DNA of 63,999 nt, filler included, from an uncultured Methanosarcinales archaeon (GCA_964608065.1; 4 parts of 4 records of this genome joined end to end with filler, not necessarily neighbours in it), one strand, 5' to 3'. Shown: positions 48,236-58,486, counted from the first letter of the whole stretch. Notes: generated by a model from the sequence alone, not told the origin. Translations and numbers: made by a program.

Positions 48236-49270
48236 ATGGGAGTACAGCTTACAGAATTATTGAAACTGAAAGAAGTTAATCTAAATGAACTGGTTGGAAA
48301 GGTTTTTGCAGTTGATAGTCATTTATTTCTTTATCAGTTTTTGACAACAATAAGACAAAGAGATGGAAGCCTATTGATGGATTCAAAAGGAAGAGTAACT
48401 TCTCATTTAACAGGACTGTTTTCAAGGACTACTAAATTAATGGAGTCTGGGTTGAAATTAGTTTATGTTTTTGATGGTGAAGCGCCTAAATTAAAACATG
48501 CAGAAAGAGAAAGAAGAAAAGAGATGAAGATAAAGGCTCAGGAAAAATATGAAGAAGCTAAGAAGAAAGAAGATTTGGAGGAAATGAAGAAGTATGCTGC
48601 CAGAACAACCAGGTTAACACCAGAGATGATTAAAGAAGCAAAGAATATTCTTGAAGCACTGGGAATTCCTATAATCGAAGCACCTTCTGAAGGAGAAGCA
48701 CAAGCAGCTTATTTAGTGAAAAATGGAAACGCTTTTGCAGTAGCATCCCAGGATGCTGACTCTTTGTTGTTCGGAGCTCCAACTTTAGTAAGAAATCTTT
48801 CTGTTGTTGGAAAAAGAAAAAGGGCAAATAAAGCTGTTTATGATACATTTAAACCAGAGATTATAGATTTAGCTGAGAATCTTAATAATTTAGGAATAGA
48901 TCAGGATCAATTAATAGTTTTAGGAATGTTGATTGGAACAGATTATAATTATGGGGGCGTTAAGGGAATTGGTCCTAAGAGTGCTTTAAAGCTTTTGAAA
49001 CAACATGGAAAAAATTTTGATAAAATGTTTAAAGAGGTTAAGTGGGCAGATTATTGTAATGTTTCCTGGAAAGAAGTTTTTGAGGTTTTTAAGAAAATAC
49101 CTGTCACTGATAAATTTAAGTTAGAGTGGAAGGGTGTTGATAAAGAGAAGATTATAAAAATATTGGTTGATGACCATGATTTTTCTCAGGAAAGGGTTGA
49201 AAAAGGCGTTGAAAGGTTGCTGAGAGAGAATGAGAAGAAAACTCAGAAGGGTTTGGGTGATTTCTTTTGA
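48236..49270 (+). CDS. fen: Flap endonuclease 1
   Basis: YQFLTTIRQ, VFDG, APSEGEAQA, SQDAD, GTDYN, C-terminal PIP box QKGLGDFF. Confidence 0.98.
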   Translation: MGVQLTELLKLKEVNLNELVGKVFAVDSHLFLYQFLTTIRQRDGSLLMDSKGRVTSHLTGLFSRTTKLMESGLKLVYVFDGEAPKLKHAERERRKEMKIKAQEKYEEAKKKEDLEEMKKYAARTTRLTPEMIKEAKNILEALGIPIIEAPSEGEAQAAYLVKNGNAFAVASQDADSLLFGAPTLVRNLSVVGKRKRANKAVYDTFKPEIIDLAENLNNLGIDQDQLIVLGMLIGTDYNYGGVKGIGPKSALKLLKQHGKNFDKMFKEVKWADYCNVSWKEVFEVFKKIPVTDKFKLEWKGVDKEKIIKILVDDHDFSQERVEKGVERLLRENEKKTQKGLGDFF

Positions 49271-50001
49271 CTGCTTATGATATTGTAGGGGATTTGATAA
49301 TTTTTAATGATAAAATTAGCAAGAAAATTGCAGAGAATCTGATGAAAACCCATAAAAATGTTAAGGTTGTGTTAAGCAAGACTAAAAAATATTCTGGAAA
49401 ATTTAGATTGCCAAAGCTGAAGATTATTGCAGGTGAGAAAAGGAAAGAAACAATACATAAAGAGAATGGAGTTCAGTTAAAACTTAATCCTGAAAAGGTT
49501 TATTTTTCTTCAAGACTATCAACTGAAAGGAAAAGGATTTATTTACAGGTTAAAAATGGAGAAAAAGTCTTGGTTATGTTTTCAGGGTGCGGAGTTTATC
49601 CTGTTGTTATATCTAAGAATACTAAAGCTAAAGAGATTGTTGGAGTTGAGATTAATCCTAAAGCACATGAATACGGATTAGAGAATTTGAAGCTGAATAA
49701 AGTTTCTAATGTTAAACTGTATTTAGGTGATGTTAGGAATGTTGTTCCTAAGTTGAAGAAGAAATTTGATAGAGTGCTTATGCCTTTGCCTAAAGGTGCA
49801 GAAGATTATCTGGATGTTGCACTGAAAGCTGTAAAAAGAAAAGGGATTGTCCATTTTTATGATTTTTTACATGAGGATGAGTTTGATAAAGCTATTTCTA
49901 AAATAGATAAAGCTTGTAAGAAATATAAAATAAAAAAAATAAATAAATGTGGTCAGTTTTCTCCTAGAGTTTATAGGGTTTGTGTTGATTTTAGAGTTTA
50001 G
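49267..50001 (+). CDS. Trm5/Taw2-family tRNA methyltransferase
   Basis: YDIVGD, HKENG, VYFSSRL..ER, MFSGCG, RVLMPLP. Confidence 0.88.
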   Translation: MTAYDIVGDLIIFNDKISKKIAENLMKTHKNVKVVLSKTKKYSGKFRLPKLKIIAGEKRKETIHKENGVQLKLNPEKVYFSSRLSTERKRIYLQVKNGEKVLVMFSGCGVYPVVISKNTKAKEIVGVEINPKAHEYGLENLKLNKVSNVKLYLGDVRNVVPKLKKKFDRVLMPLPKGAEDYLDVALKAVKRKGIVHFYDFLHEDEFDKAISKIDKACKKYKIKKINKCGQFSPRVYRVCVDFRV

Positions 50002-50015
50002 GTTATATCCTAAAT

Positions 50016-50336
50016 TTAAGGAAGTTTAGGACCAACTGTTATGAATGAGCCTTTTGAGCCACCATTTAGACTAGTTAAACTGTATTCATTCAATCTTGAT
50101 GCTAATACAGGATTACCTCCATCCTTTGCTTTCTTCCATGTGGATTGTAACAAAAGAGATATGTCTTTTTCCATCTGATCCTTACCTGCAGGCATAATGG
50201 CCCCGTTAAGATAATCACCCATCATTTTCAGCAATGGAGATAAGAAACAAACCACACGTTCATTACTTTCCTTTGGGATTTCCCCTTCAATAACATCTTT
50301 CATATATCTTATATAATCTGTAAAGTTTGTATACAT
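50016..50336 (-). CDS. Hypothetical protein
   Basis: 106-aa ORF with GGAGG SD. Confidence 0.6.
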   Translation of the reverse strand: MYTNFTDYIRYMKDVIEGEIPKESNERVVCFLSPLLKMMGDYLNGAIMPAGKDQMEKDISLLLQSTWKKAKDGGNPVLASRLNEYSLTSLNGGSKGSFITVGPKLP

Positions 50337-50417
50337 TTTCTTTTCCTCCGTTTTATATTATAGTCTCTAATCTTTTCCTTTATCACCTTTCTCAGAATTT
50401 AAGAAGAAAGGTCGTAA

Positions 50418-50504
50418 TTATACGACAACAACTACAACAAGAATTGAGACTACGGATACAACTATGCTAACTATTCTATTTTTAATTTTATTGACATAGT
50501 TCAT
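50418..50504 (-). CDS. Putative Val-rich uORF/micropeptide
   Basis: MNYVNKIKNRIVSIVVSVVSILVVVVVV; TTTAAATA box upstream; hairpin across the stop codon. Confidence 0.45.
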   Translation of the reverse strand: MNYVNKIKNRIVSIVVSVVSILVVVVVV

Positions 50505-50612
50505 TTTGTTTTATCTTGTGATTCAATACTGCTATTTAAAGCTTTTGGTAGTGTAAAATAGAAAATTTATATAGTGAATAGCATTCTTAGCTATTGCATG
50601 TGCGATGATTAA

Positions 50613-51689
50613 GTGAACACCATTAGCTACTTATGCTATACGGAAGTAACTGCTGAGCACATGCTTTTATTAAAAATGAGTAAAAATTATGACATATTAG
50701 ATATATTAGGAGAATATAGTAGGAAGATGTTTCTTAAATATGATTTTTTTAGAGAATTTGTGAATGGAGGAGAAAAAGAAAAATTTCTTGAAGACCTTAA
50801 AGCATTTAAAAGTGATTTTATTAAAGATTCTTATCTTAAAGAAGATGTAAAAAAAATAATTAATCTAATGAAAAAGAAAGGCAAGAAATTTGATAAATTA
50901 AAATTAGAATATACTACTGAGAAACTAGCAAAAGATATCCATATGGGTGCGGATTGGTTTGATGATATTATTAGAATAGCAGATTATCATTTACAGAGGC
51001 TTCTGTTTAAGAAGCAGTTAAATCATTTTTTAAATTTTAGAAAACTATTTTCCAAAAAAATTATTAGATTTAATTTAAAAGAGAGTTATTTGAATATTCA
51101 AGATTATAATCTTATAGTTTGTATTGATAAGGAAGGTAGAATCGCACCTTATATTATGATAGGGTTGCTGAGGAAAAAATACAATATCCAATATTTCCCA
51201 AAGACGTTTTTTGTTAATGGACATTTATTACTTGCATATTGGAAGTACAAGAGGAACATTGTTAAAGGTATTTTAGAAAAAAATCAACCTATCTTGACTA
51301 ATTTATTAAAAAAAAATAATAAAAATGTTTTAGTGGTAGATACAACAACAAGGACTGATGATTTATTAACAGCAAATTCAGTTGCAGGAATTTTATCGGA
51401 GACATATCCAAATAATAAATACCATCCTTTTGCACTATATAAACTGAAGGGAAGACCAACACCCCATCACCTAATAGGTTATGCAGATTTAATACATGAA
51501 GAGAATGGCGAACTCCAAGAGGCATCTTTTTATTTAAACAATCTTGAAAAGGAACCTAAGCTAAAAAAATTATTTGAAAAAATAGAACCTAGAATTTTGA
51601 GTTCTTTTAAGATTTCGAAAGCAGATGTTGCTAGAAAATTTAGAAGATTCTTAGCATTAAGAGTTGAATATTATTCAAAATATAAATAA
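50613..51689 (+). CDS. Hypothetical protein with a possible degenerate PRTase-like domain
   Basis: IVCIDKEG and VLVVDTT motifs; start uncertain. Confidence 0.5.
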   Translation: MNTISYLCYTEVTAEHMLLLKMSKNYDILDILGEYSRKMFLKYDFFREFVNGGEKEKFLEDLKAFKSDFIKDSYLKEDVKKIINLMKKKGKKFDKLKLEYTTEKLAKDIHMGADWFDDIIRIADYHLQRLLFKKQLNHFLNFRKLFSKKIIRFNLKESYLNIQDYNLIVCIDKEGRIAPYIMIGLLRKKYNIQYFPKTFFVNGHLLLAYWKYKRNIVKGILEKNQPILTNLLKKNNKNVLVVDTTTRTDDLLTANSVAGILSETYPNNKYHPFALYKLKGRPTPHHLIGYADLIHEENGELQEASFYLNNLEKEPKLKKLFEKIEPRILSSFKISKADVARKFRRFLALRVEYYSKYK

Positions 51690-51745
51690 AAAAACATCCA
51701 AACATACTTAAAAATCAAAGATTTTTGGTCGTTTGACTAACTACG

Positions 51746-52891
51746 TTAGCCAAACATATGCATATAATCCTGTCCTTCTTCTTTTTCCCTTTCTTTAACT
51801 TTATGTATAGCTTTTGAGAAATCATCTTCTAAAATCTTAGTTCTGTTTTTTCTTATTGCGAAATAACCAGCTTCAGTACAAACAGCTTTGATTTCAGCTC
51901 CAGAAAAGTGCTCCATTGCATTAATAATTTTGTTTAAGTTAAATTTCTTATCTATTTTCATGTTTTTAGTGTGTATTTTAAAAATTTCTTCTCTGCCCTC
52001 TTTGTTTGGAACACCAATTTTAATCAACCTATCTAATCTTCCAGGCCTTAAAATAGCAGGATCAAGAATATCTCTCCTATTAGTAGCACCAATAACTTTT
52101 ACATTGCCTAAATGTTTAAAGCCGTCAATTTCAGCCAAAAGCTGCATGAATGTTCTGTTTACTTCTCTTTCTCCAGAGGTTCCAATTTCCATTCTTTTTG
52201 CAGCTAAGCTGTCTAATTCATCAATGAATATGATAGATGGAGCTTTGTTACGAGCTAATTGGAATATTTCTTTAACTAATTTAGCGCCTTCTCCAATGAA
52301 TTTTTGGACTAATTCAGAGCCAACAACTTCAATGAAAGTAGAGTTTGTAGAAGAGGCAACAGCTTTTGCTAATAATGTCTTACCTGTTCCTGGTTCTCCA
52401 TATAATAAGATACCTTTTGGAGGTTGTATTCCAACTTTTTTGAAAAGTTCAGGTTTTTTTAGAGGAAGTTCAACAACTTCCTTAATCTCTTTTGTTTGTT
52501 TATCAAGACCTCCAACATCATCCCAGGACATTTTAGGTTTTTCTATTATAACGAATTTTTCAACATTGAATTTTCTTGTTATAGGTATTTTTTTTATAAT
52601 TGTAAGATTTTTTTGTTCTGCCAGAACTATGTCTCCTGGCTTAAGTTTTCCACTTTCAGAGCTTATGCTGACAGCAAACCTGCTACCATTAGGTATGGAA
52701 ATTATCGCCTGATTGTCTATTATATCTGATACCTCACAGACTGCTAAAGGAGGCTCTCTAAATTTGTTGAGCTCCTGTTTTAAACTTTCTATAGTAGTTC
52801 TTAATAATTTATTTTCCTCCTCCAATTGAGGAACATTAGTTGCATAATTATAGATGACAGAGTCTAGTATGTTTTTGTCTTTTGTTTTCAT
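51746..52891 (-). CDS. pan: Proteasome-activating nucleotidase
   Basis: Coiled coil, OB domain, GEPGTGKT, IFIDE, RPGRLDR, C-terminal MFG HbYX-like motif. Confidence 0.95.
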   Translation of the reverse strand: MKTKDKNILDSVIYNYATNVPQLEEENKLLRTTIESLKQELNKFREPPLAVCEVSDIIDNQAIISIPNGSRFAVSISSESGKLKPGDIVLAEQKNLTIIKKIPITRKFNVEKFVIIEKPKMSWDDVGGLDKQTKEIKEVVELPLKKPELFKKVGIQPPKGILLYGEPGTGKTLLAKAVASSTNSTFIEVVGSELVQKFIGEGAKLVKEIFQLARNKAPSIIFIDELDSLAAKRMEIGTSGEREVNRTFMQLLAEIDGFKHLGNVKVIGATNRRDILDPAILRPGRLDRLIKIGVPNKEGREEIFKIHTKNMKIDKKFNLNKIINAMEHFSGAEIKAVCTEAGYFAIRKNRTKILEDDFSKAIHKVKEREKEEGQDYMHMFG

Positions 52892-52892
52892 A

Positions 52893-54206
52893 TTATGATG
52901 TAGATTTAGTTATATTTATATGTTTTACTAAAACTGCAGGAGTTATAGTTGGAATTTCAGCTTCCCATCCATAGATATGTTCTGATTTGTTACCTATATG
53001 TTCAATATTTCTTAGAATATGAAGCATATTGTCACTAATCCTGATCTCTTTGACGGGGTGTTTTATTTTTCCGTTTTCAATATAAAAGATACCATCTCTA
53101 GGTATTGTTGAAAAATCTCCTTTTATGTGGTTTTGGAAGCGAGTGTACCATGTGTTTGTTATATACAAACCTTTTTTTACTTCTTTGATTAACTCTTCTT
53201 TGCTGTAATCTCCTTTCTTTAATATTATATTTGACGGATGAGGGTCAATAATACCTGCATTAGCAGTTGTTTTTGTGTTGTATTTTTTTGCATATGATGT
53301 GTTGTATAAGTATGTTTTTAGAGTTCCTTTGTCTATAATATTATTTTTTCTTGTTGGAACACCTTCTTCATCAAATTTTGCTGAGTTGAATCCATTAGGT
53401 AATGTAGCATCATCAAAGATAGTTACGTTATCATTAGCTACTTTGTTGTTTAATTTATCCATTAAAAATGAAAATCCTGATTCAACAGATGCTATTGAGG
53501 AAGAAAGCGCTACATGGTTTAGAATATTTGCAAATATCATTGGATCAAAGACAACATCATATGTTCCTGTTTTTATTTTTACAGGGTTTTTTGATTCTTT
53601 TGCAATAAACGAGGCTTTTTTTGCAATAGATTCTGTTTTAAGGTTGTTTAACATTCTGCCGCAATTTACTTTGTGGCCTGAACCATCCCCATTAAATGCC
53701 CTAATTGAGAAATAATAATTAGTTCCTTTGTCTTTTGATTCAATATTGTTTGAATTCAATAAAGTTCTTTCAAAAGAGCTATGTTCTAATAATCCAGAGC
53801 ATCTATCTGCAGAGTTGTTGATTGCAGTGTTTATACTTTTTTCAACTAAATCTATACCATCCAAGTTCAATATTTTTTTGTCAAATGAATTTTTTATTGT
53901 TTTATATCTGAAAGGACCTTTTGCAATTCCAAGATAATCTTTATTGGGTGAGAGGGCTTTTTGGAACCTGAATATATTTTTTATTAATTCTTTTACCTTT
54001 TTTTCTGAGAAATCCTCTAAACTTGTTACAACAAGTTTTTTATTTATTGAGCAAAAAACTGAGATATCTTCATTACACCATGAATTTATGCTTGTTATGT
54101 TATTGTTGGTAAATTTAATCTGTTTCTCTTTACTTTTCCTTAGTGTTAATATTACATCATCTGCTCCTTTTTTCAATATTTTATTCTTTATTCTGTGCAG
54201 ATTCAT
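52893..54206 (-). CDS. pmbA: PmbA/TldE family protein
   Basis: FDEEG, TTANA, WYTRFQN, GDFST; lacks HExxxH. Confidence 0.88.
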   Translation of the reverse strand: MNLHRIKNKILKKGADDVILTLRKSKEKQIKFTNNNITSINSWCNEDISVFCSINKKLVVTSLEDFSEKKVKELIKNIFRFQKALSPNKDYLGIAKGPFRYKTIKNSFDKKILNLDGIDLVEKSINTAINNSADRCSGLLEHSSFERTLLNSNNIESKDKGTNYYFSIRAFNGDGSGHKVNCGRMLNNLKTESIAKKASFIAKESKNPVKIKTGTYDVVFDPMIFANILNHVALSSSIASVESGFSFLMDKLNNKVANDNVTIFDDATLPNGFNSAKFDEEGVPTRKNNIIDKGTLKTYLYNTSYAKKYNTKTTANAGIIDPHPSNIILKKGDYSKEELIKEVKKGLYITNTWYTRFQNHIKGDFSTIPRDGIFYIENGKIKHPVKEIRISDNMLHILRNIEHIGNKSEHIYGWEAEIPTITPAVLVKHINITKSTS

Positions 54207-55617
54207 CAGATTTACCTCTTAATTTTATATTTCTTAATCTTACTAAAGGGCCTCCAAGCCCAACATTAATGCCCTGCATTGGCTCTCCTTTTCCACAAGT
54301 TGCAGCAGACATCTCAATTTTGTTTGAGATAGCGTCAATGGCCCTGTAGAATCCGAATGTTGAGATTTCTAATATAGGGCTTCTTACTGGCTCTTTTATT
54401 TTACCATTTTTTATTAAGTAAGCATCATTCCCTACATATCTTTGATTGAGTCTTTTGTCATCTATGTTCCATTCTCCAAAGTTTTTTATATATACTCCTA
54501 GTTTTACATCTTCAAATATTTCATCTTCTTTATATTTTCCAGGAAGCATAAATGTGTTTGACATCCTAACAATTGGTTCTTTATTGTAAGAAGAAGCTCT
54601 AGCAGATGCGTTGCTTTTTATGTTTAGTTTGCAGGAAGTTTCCCTGTTATGGAGAAGTTCGTTTATTTTTCCTTCTTTTATAAGATATTTTCTTTTTGCT
54701 TTGATACCTTCATCATCATATTTATAATAGCCAGGATATTTTTTTATAGTTGGTTCATCAACAATATTTACAATAGGATTGCTGATTTCCTGTCCTATCA
54801 TTTCTTTTTTGATAAAGGATTCTCCGCCTTGTGCAGCTTCTCTTCCAAAGACTCTATCAGCTTCATAAGGATGGCCACAGGATTCATGTACCACAATACC
54901 TGTTACTTCATGGCCAACTACTAAATCAATTTTGCTTTTTGGAGGTTTAATTCCGTATTTTATGTTGTGATGCAATATTTTTATCTGTTCTAGAAGGTCA
55001 TTACTGATATTCCAGGATTTTGTTGCTTCAAATCCAGTTGAAGAACCATATTGCCAATAACGCTGCTTTATTTGATTGAACTCTTTTATTGTGATTATAT
55101 AATGCATACTTATGTAAGGTATTTCAGAAGTAATTTCAGTACCTTCTGAATTTATGAAATATTTTTTACTGCAATGGTCACTTAATGAGAAATATCTGAA
55201 TGGAACTATATCACTTTTTATGTTTTTTTCTATGTCTTGTAAGTAGTTTAATTTTTCTTCAGGGCTTATATCGCAAAGTTTTATCTTTTGTTTTATAATG
55301 TCTTTGTCTTTTATTGTTTTTGCTTCTGAGAATTTTAAATCGTCCTTTCTTTTTGTTTTTTTTTGAGAGGTTATTGAGTTTTTGATTAAATTCTTTAGAT
55401 GTTCTTTGTTTAGGTTGTCAGTTGAGATAAATCCAATAACACCATTGCTGATTAATCTGATTCCAATTCCAGAGTTTCTTTCAAAACCAGATAATTCAGG
55501 AATTCCGTTTTTTAGGACAAATCCGTTTGCTTCTATATCTTCTAATCTAGCTTCTGCATAAGTTGCTCCTTGTTTTAATGCTTGATTAACTGCGAAATTA
55601 GCTATGTCTTTATCCAT
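54181..55617 (-). CDS. tldD: TldD family metalloprotease
   Basis: HESCGHPYEAD, YDDEG, RMSNT, CGKGEP. Confidence 0.93.
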   Translation of the reverse strand: MDKDIANFAVNQALKQGATYAEARLEDIEANGFVLKNGIPELSGFERNSGIGIRLISNGVIGFISTDNLNKEHLKNLIKNSITSQKKTKRKDDLKFSEAKTIKDKDIIKQKIKLCDISPEEKLNYLQDIEKNIKSDIVPFRYFSLSDHCSKKYFINSEGTEITSEIPYISMHYIITIKEFNQIKQRYWQYGSSTGFEATKSWNISNDLLEQIKILHHNIKYGIKPPKSKIDLVVGHEVTGIVVHESCGHPYEADRVFGREAAQGGESFIKKEMIGQEISNPIVNIVDEPTIKKYPGYYKYDDEGIKAKRKYLIKEGKINELLHNRETSCKLNIKSNASARASSYNKEPIVRMSNTFMLPGKYKEDEIFEDVKLGVYIKNFGEWNIDDKRLNQRYVGNDAYLIKNGKIKEPVRSPILEISTFGFYRAIDAISNKIEMSAATCGKGEPMQGINVGLGGPLVRLRNIKLRGKSDESAQNKE

Positions 55618-55650
55618 GGGATAAATTAGTTATAAGGGATATAAAAAGGT

Positions 55651-56331
55651 TTAGATTACGGTTATTAATTTTTTAGAAACATTAGTCAAAATATTAACTT
55701 TATTTTTTGTGATTAGGATAGTATCTTCGATTCTTATTCCAAACTTTCTTTTTAGGTAGATACCCGGCTCTACTGTTAATACAGTGTTTTCTTTAATCTT
55801 GTTGTTGTTTTTTCTTCCTAAACCTGGTGCTTCGTGGATGTTCTTACCAACTCCATGGCCTAGTTTATGTGTGAAGTATTTTTTATAGAATCCTAATGCA
55901 TTAGCAGCTGTAAAATAAATGTTATTACATTTAGCTCCAATCTTAAGTTTTTTTATTGCCTTGAGTTGAGCTTTAAGGACTAAGTTGTAAAGTTTTTTTT
56001 CGGTTTTATTTGGAGTGCCTAAGTAAATTGTTCTTGATATATCAGAATGATAACCACGATACTTTACTCCAAAATCTATCAATAAAAAGCCTTTTTTCAG
56101 TTTTCTATTGTTGGGTTTGTGGTGGATGACAGCAGCATTAGAGCCGAATGCAACTATTGGTTTGAAAGCTAGTTTGCAATTATGTTTTTTCGTTTGTTGT
56201 TTTAGAAAATCAGCAACTTCCATTTCGTTTTTGAAGGATTTTATGTTTTTTATACAGTTATTTACTATGATAGAAGTTATAGCAGAGGCTTTTGTTAAAT
56301 ATCGGATTTCTTTTTTACTTTTAGAACTCAT
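55651..56331 (-). CDS. M24 Xaa-Pro peptidase (catalytic domain only)
   Basis: IDFG...SDISRT, HKLGHGVG..IHEAP, TVEPG, RIED. Confidence 0.9.
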   Translation of the reverse strand: MSSKSKKEIRYLTKASAITSIIVNNCIKNIKSFKNEMEVADFLKQQTKKHNCKLAFKPIVAFGSNAAVIHHKPNNRKLKKGFLLIDFGVKYRGYHSDISRTIYLGTPNKTEKKLYNLVLKAQLKAIKKLKIGAKCNNIYFTAANALGFYKKYFTHKLGHGVGKNIHEAPGLGRKNNNKIKENTVLTVEPGIYLKRKFGIRIEDTILITKNKVNILTNVSKKLITVI

Positions 56332-57404
56332 CTTGTTATTTCAAAACTTTCGACTTTTTCTAGTAATTCCTTAGCTTTTTTGTTTTTTTCAAAGTGTTTT
56401 CTGACAGGGTCTATAAGCTTGTTAATGTAAACAGCAACAGATTGCTTTAGATCCATTGGATGCAGTTCGTTTTTTGCATATGTACCTTCAAGTTCATTGT
56501 AATCAGAGAACTCTAGATCACCACCGAATTTAGCAGGACGTTCTATTTTTAAAGTTTTGAATTTCTCAAATATAATGTATTTACAGTATTCTAAGACAGG
56601 GTTGTCAACAATTATTTCTTCAGGGCAATAAGCTTTGTTTATTTTTCTTTTGATATCTTCCTCTGAATCTGTCATGAATATGGCAGTGTCTGGCTTTGAT
56701 TTTGACATTTTCATGTCAATTGCACGCTCAATAGTGTCTTTTTCTTGAGAAGCTGGCTTACCTAAGCCCATCAACATATGATGGGAGATAACAACTGGTT
56801 TCCAGAAACCTAAGTTTGGACCTATTTCTCTTGCTAAAACATTTACTTTTCTTTGATCCATACCTAGTTGAGTGATATCACATTTTAATTCAAAAATATC
56901 TGCTGCCTGCATACAAGGATAGAGAATTTGGGATGCTTGCAGTGTTTCGTTTTCTTTTCTGCCCATAATCTGAGCACATCTTAAGATTCTTTTAACAGTT
57001 GAGTTTCTAGCTATTCTCATTACAGTTTTCCAGTATGTGTCAGTGTTAACTAAATCTGATGAACGTACGAATTCAACTTTAGATAAGTCCATTCCAGTTT
57101 TTTTCCACACTTCAATAAGATAATCCCCTGCAGTTTGTATTTTTTCTAAATCACCACCTAATTTGTTATTGGCCCAGGCATGCCAATCTGCTGCTAACAT
57201 TTTGAATGTGACACCAGCTTTAGTCATTTTGTTTACATTAATAGCTCTAAGAATGCCTTGAGCAATATGTATATTTCCAGAAGGTTCAAAGCCGTCATAA
57301 GCTATTGGTTTTGACTTTATTTCCAGCAAATTCTTTAGATCATAGTCTGTTATAACCTCTTCTCCAACTTCTTGTATCAACTGCAGTTTGTGATAGATAT
57401 CCAT
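56328..57404 (-). CDS. tyrS: Tyrosine--tRNA ligase
   Basis: YDGFEPSG.IHIAQ, YPCMQAADI, GMDQRK, KMSKS; likely start MDIYHK. Confidence 0.96.
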   Translation of the reverse strand: MDIYHKLQLIQEVGEEVITDYDLKNLLEIKSKPIAYDGFEPSGNIHIAQGILRAINVNKMTKAGVTFKMLAADWHAWANNKLGGDLEKIQTAGDYLIEVWKKTGMDLSKVEFVRSSDLVNTDTYWKTVMRIARNSTVKRILRCAQIMGRKENETLQASQILYPCMQAADIFELKCDITQLGMDQRKVNVLAREIGPNLGFWKPVVISHHMLMGLGKPASQEKDTIERAIDMKMSKSKPDTAIFMTDSEEDIKRKINKAYCPEEIIVDNPVLEYCKYIIFEKFKTLKIERPAKFGGDLEFSDYNELEGTYAKNELHPMDLKQSVAVYINKLIDPVRKHFEKNKKAKELLEKVESFEITR

Positions 57405-57439
57405 TTTATATGTGATAATGGGCATTTATTATTAAAATG

Positions 57440-57557
57440 TTGCGGTTCAATTGGTTACGTCGATCGATACACAAGGTGTGGCATAAAGCCACACGAGCTC
57501 ACTACGTTCGCAATTAGCATAGAAATTGCCCAAAACCACTGGCCAACCTTGCGTAAG
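57440..57557. other. GC-richer multi-hairpin intergenic element
   Basis: CAAGGT...ACCTTG enclosing GTGTGGC-ATAAA-GCCACAC, CGAGC-TCACTAC-GTTCG and GCAATT..AATTGC. Confidence 0.55.
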
Positions 57558-57588
57558 ATATTTAAATAAGGGGCATATTGGCCACAAT

Positions 57589-58443
57589 ATGAAACTTTCT
57601 GTGTCTATGTTGACTTCTTATATGTATTGCAAGAGAAAACTGTATTTACAGTATGTTTTGAAGTTTTTTGAGCCTATAAAAGAATCAACTATAAATGGAA
57701 CTATAAGGCATGAGGCTTATGATGCAATAAATAAAGAAGAAGAAAATATTGTTAAAAGTATTAGGGAGAAGAAAGACTTAGAGGAATTAAAGGAGATCTA
57801 CAAGAATAAGACTTCTGGATTTTTGAGGAAGACTATTTCAAAGTATATGAAAGAGCTTGATAAATTAGGAATTTTACCAACAGAGCTATTTAAGAAAACA
57901 TGGCCTTTAATTCTTGAAGAATCTGGTGCAAGGGCCACTAATGTGTTTAATTTTATGCAGCAAAATTTAGTATTTGGAGAAGAACTATGGCAGAGGTTAA
58001 CTCCAAAGATAAAATCAGAGATTTTTATTGATTCAGATTCATTAAATCTTAGAGGAATAGTTGATCAAATTTATGTTTATGAACAAGGTGTTGTGCCTGT
58101 TGAACTAAAGACAGGGAAAAGTCCTAGGGAAGGAGTATGGCCCGGGCATAAAGTGCAGATAGCTGCTTATGCTTTATTATTACAAGATAAATTTAAGAAA
58201 GATGTTAAGGAAGGGGTTGTACATTATCTGGATTCAAATGTTAAAAGGAATATTCCAATAAACCCTTTTTTAATGATTGAGATTAAAGATTTAATGAATA
58301 GTGTAAAAGATGTTTTAAGTGATAAGAAAGCGCCTGAATTTACTACTAATCCAAACAAATGTAGTTCGTGTGGTATTAAAGAACAATGCTATGATAACAA
58401 GCTAATAAATAATAAGATTAAGGTGTTGAATAGAAAACTTTAA
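57589..58443 (+). CDS. cas4: Solo Cas4-family PD-(D/E)xK nuclease with an Fe-S cluster
   Basis: YCKRK, GTIRHE, RGIVD..PVELKTG, QIAAY, CSSC.....C; ATG at 57589. Confidence 0.88.
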   Translation: MKLSVSMLTSYMYCKRKLYLQYVLKFFEPIKESTINGTIRHEAYDAINKEEENIVKSIREKKDLEELKEIYKNKTSGFLRKTISKYMKELDKLGILPTELFKKTWPLILEESGARATNVFNFMQQNLVFGEELWQRLTPKIKSEIFIDSDSLNLRGIVDQIYVYEQGVVPVELKTGKSPREGVWPGHKVQIAAYALLLQDKFKKDVKEGVVHYLDSNVKRNIPINPFLMIEIKDLMNSVKDVLSDKKAPEFTTNPNKCSSCGIKEQCYDNKLINNKIKVLNRKL

Positions 58444-58486
58444 ATATTACTTAATTTAATTATGATTAAATCAAGAGGGATTAATA

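Noticed and set aside
51888..52712. 274-aa plus-strand ORF
   Set aside because: Antisense shadow of pan with no independent motifs. The same applies to the many short antisense ORFs over tkt, dnaK, tldD/E and the ABC genes.
57440..57557. Possible tRNA (GGTTCAA)
   Set aside because: No cloverleaf with D-arm, anticodon arm and acceptor stem could be built.
57589..58443. CRISPR-Cas locus around cas4
   Set aside because: No array, cas1 or cas2 nearby; flanked by housekeeping genes.
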